NCBI GenBank assembly: GCA_017610485.1
Contig: JAFCBY010000034.1
Location: 1-25,589, forward strand
Direction of reading: 5' to 3'
DNA length: 25,589 bases
Source of the DNA: Candidatus Falkowbacteria bacterium
GTDB lineage: Archaea; Iainarchaeota; Iainarchaeia; Iainarchaeales; GCA-2688035
Positions 24,929 through 25,589 of this stretch are shown here, one piece after another. The position numbers and the translations under genes were made by a program. The notes below the pieces were generated by a model. The model did not search any database, had not been told where the DNA came from, and saw only the letters and a list, made by a program, of their open reading frames with translations. The first letter of the stretch is position 1. The number at the start of each line of letters is the position of its first letter.

Positions 24929-25589
24929 TTAGCCGAAAACCTTTGCAAGCTCAAGCTTGGCTATTTTAATTAGCTCGTCGCCTTTGGAAAGCTTTTCAGC
25001 TTCCCTGTCGCCTTTCTTAGTTATGACACTGTGCTCAGGAGTCAAAGTAACCTTTGATTCGCCAACAGAGACCTCAACCACTTCGTCATCGTAAGGCCTT
25101 CTGTTCATTGAATAGATTCTTGACTTGACAATCTCTTTCTTGTCATTAACACCGTAAACAAAGACTGCTTCTTCTCTTGGGAAAACCATTGCCTCATAGC
25201 CTTCATCGTGCTTTTCCACCAATTTAGGATATTTCAAGGACATTTCTTTCCATAAGTTTTCAAAAGAAATCTTTCCCTCAACACCATCACGACAAACAAC
25301 AAAGCTTGATTCGACAAAACTTTGAAGCGGGTCATGTCTAACGTCCCCGAGAAGCGCACCAGCCCTTGCCCCGGTCGCCTCGAGGAATGGGGCGGTCTTC
25401 TTTGTGGCGTTGTCAATCAGGAGCTTTGGCGTATGTTTTGTTCCACGTGGCTTCATCTGCATTCCGAGGCCGAATGCAACCATCAGCAGCCCGTTTAGGA
25501 GAAGCAGTGCTGCAAAGATTACGTCAGAGTAAAAGCCCATCTGCCACAGGATTAATGACAGGAAGAACAGGCCAAGCGGAAGAAGAAAG
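24929..25589 (-). CDS. lonB: Split LonB protease, N-terminal half (5' partial), ending in a 130-aa N-intein (IntN)
   Basis: Frame is open to the window edge; two TM helices (LonB membrane anchor), PKLLIDNA...APFLEATGARAGALLGDVRHDPLQ, then intein sequence and TAA. Confidence 0.93.
   Translation of the reverse strand, partial: FLLPLGLFFLSLILWQMGFYSDVIFAALLLLNGLLMVAFGLGMQMKPRGTKHTPKLLIDNATKKTAPFLEATGARAGALLGDVRHDPLQSFVESSFVVCRDGVEGKISFENLWKEMSLKYPKLVEKHDEGYEAMVFPREEAVFVYGVNDKKEIVKSRIYSMNRRPYDDEVVEVSVGESKVTLTPEHSVITKKGDREAEKLSKGDELIKIAKLELAKVFG
24932..25321 (-). other. N-terminal half of split intein (IntN, 130 aa)
   Basis: SFVESSFVV (block A, Ser1), VTLTPEHSVIT (block B TxxH), EAEKLSKGDELI (typical end of the N-terminal HINT segment), then stop. 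Confidence 0.88.

Overview
Archaeal chromosomal window. The gene set, leaderless TATA-type promoters and small basic ORFans suggest a DPANN lineage, possibly Diapherotrites/Iainarchaeota (inference). The core is a mostly minus-strand information-processing cluster: csl4-rpoL-DUF99-sec11-pcn1-K+ channel-pcn2-[RHH/PIN TA]-priL-priS-GINS-rps27e-eIF2a-PAC2. It is flanked by EndoQ, an intein-containing AmrS radical SAM gene, SPFH, a secreted beta-helix protein and several broken genes. The main finding is an apparently naturally split intein in the membrane-bound LonB protease. LonN+IntN (130 aa, then stop) lies at the right edge and IntC (44 aa)+LonC starts from its own ATG 1.3 kb downstream. An Ldh_2-family dehydrogenase gene sits between the halves, and both downstream genes have their own TATA-like promoter. 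Other points of interest: an intein inside the radical-SAM CxxxCxxC motif, two divergent PCNA genes, a PriL whose Fe-S tail is replaced by 45-bp tandem repeats, and a PIN toxin with no canonical start codon. All calls come from motif recognition by eye; no database searches were run.
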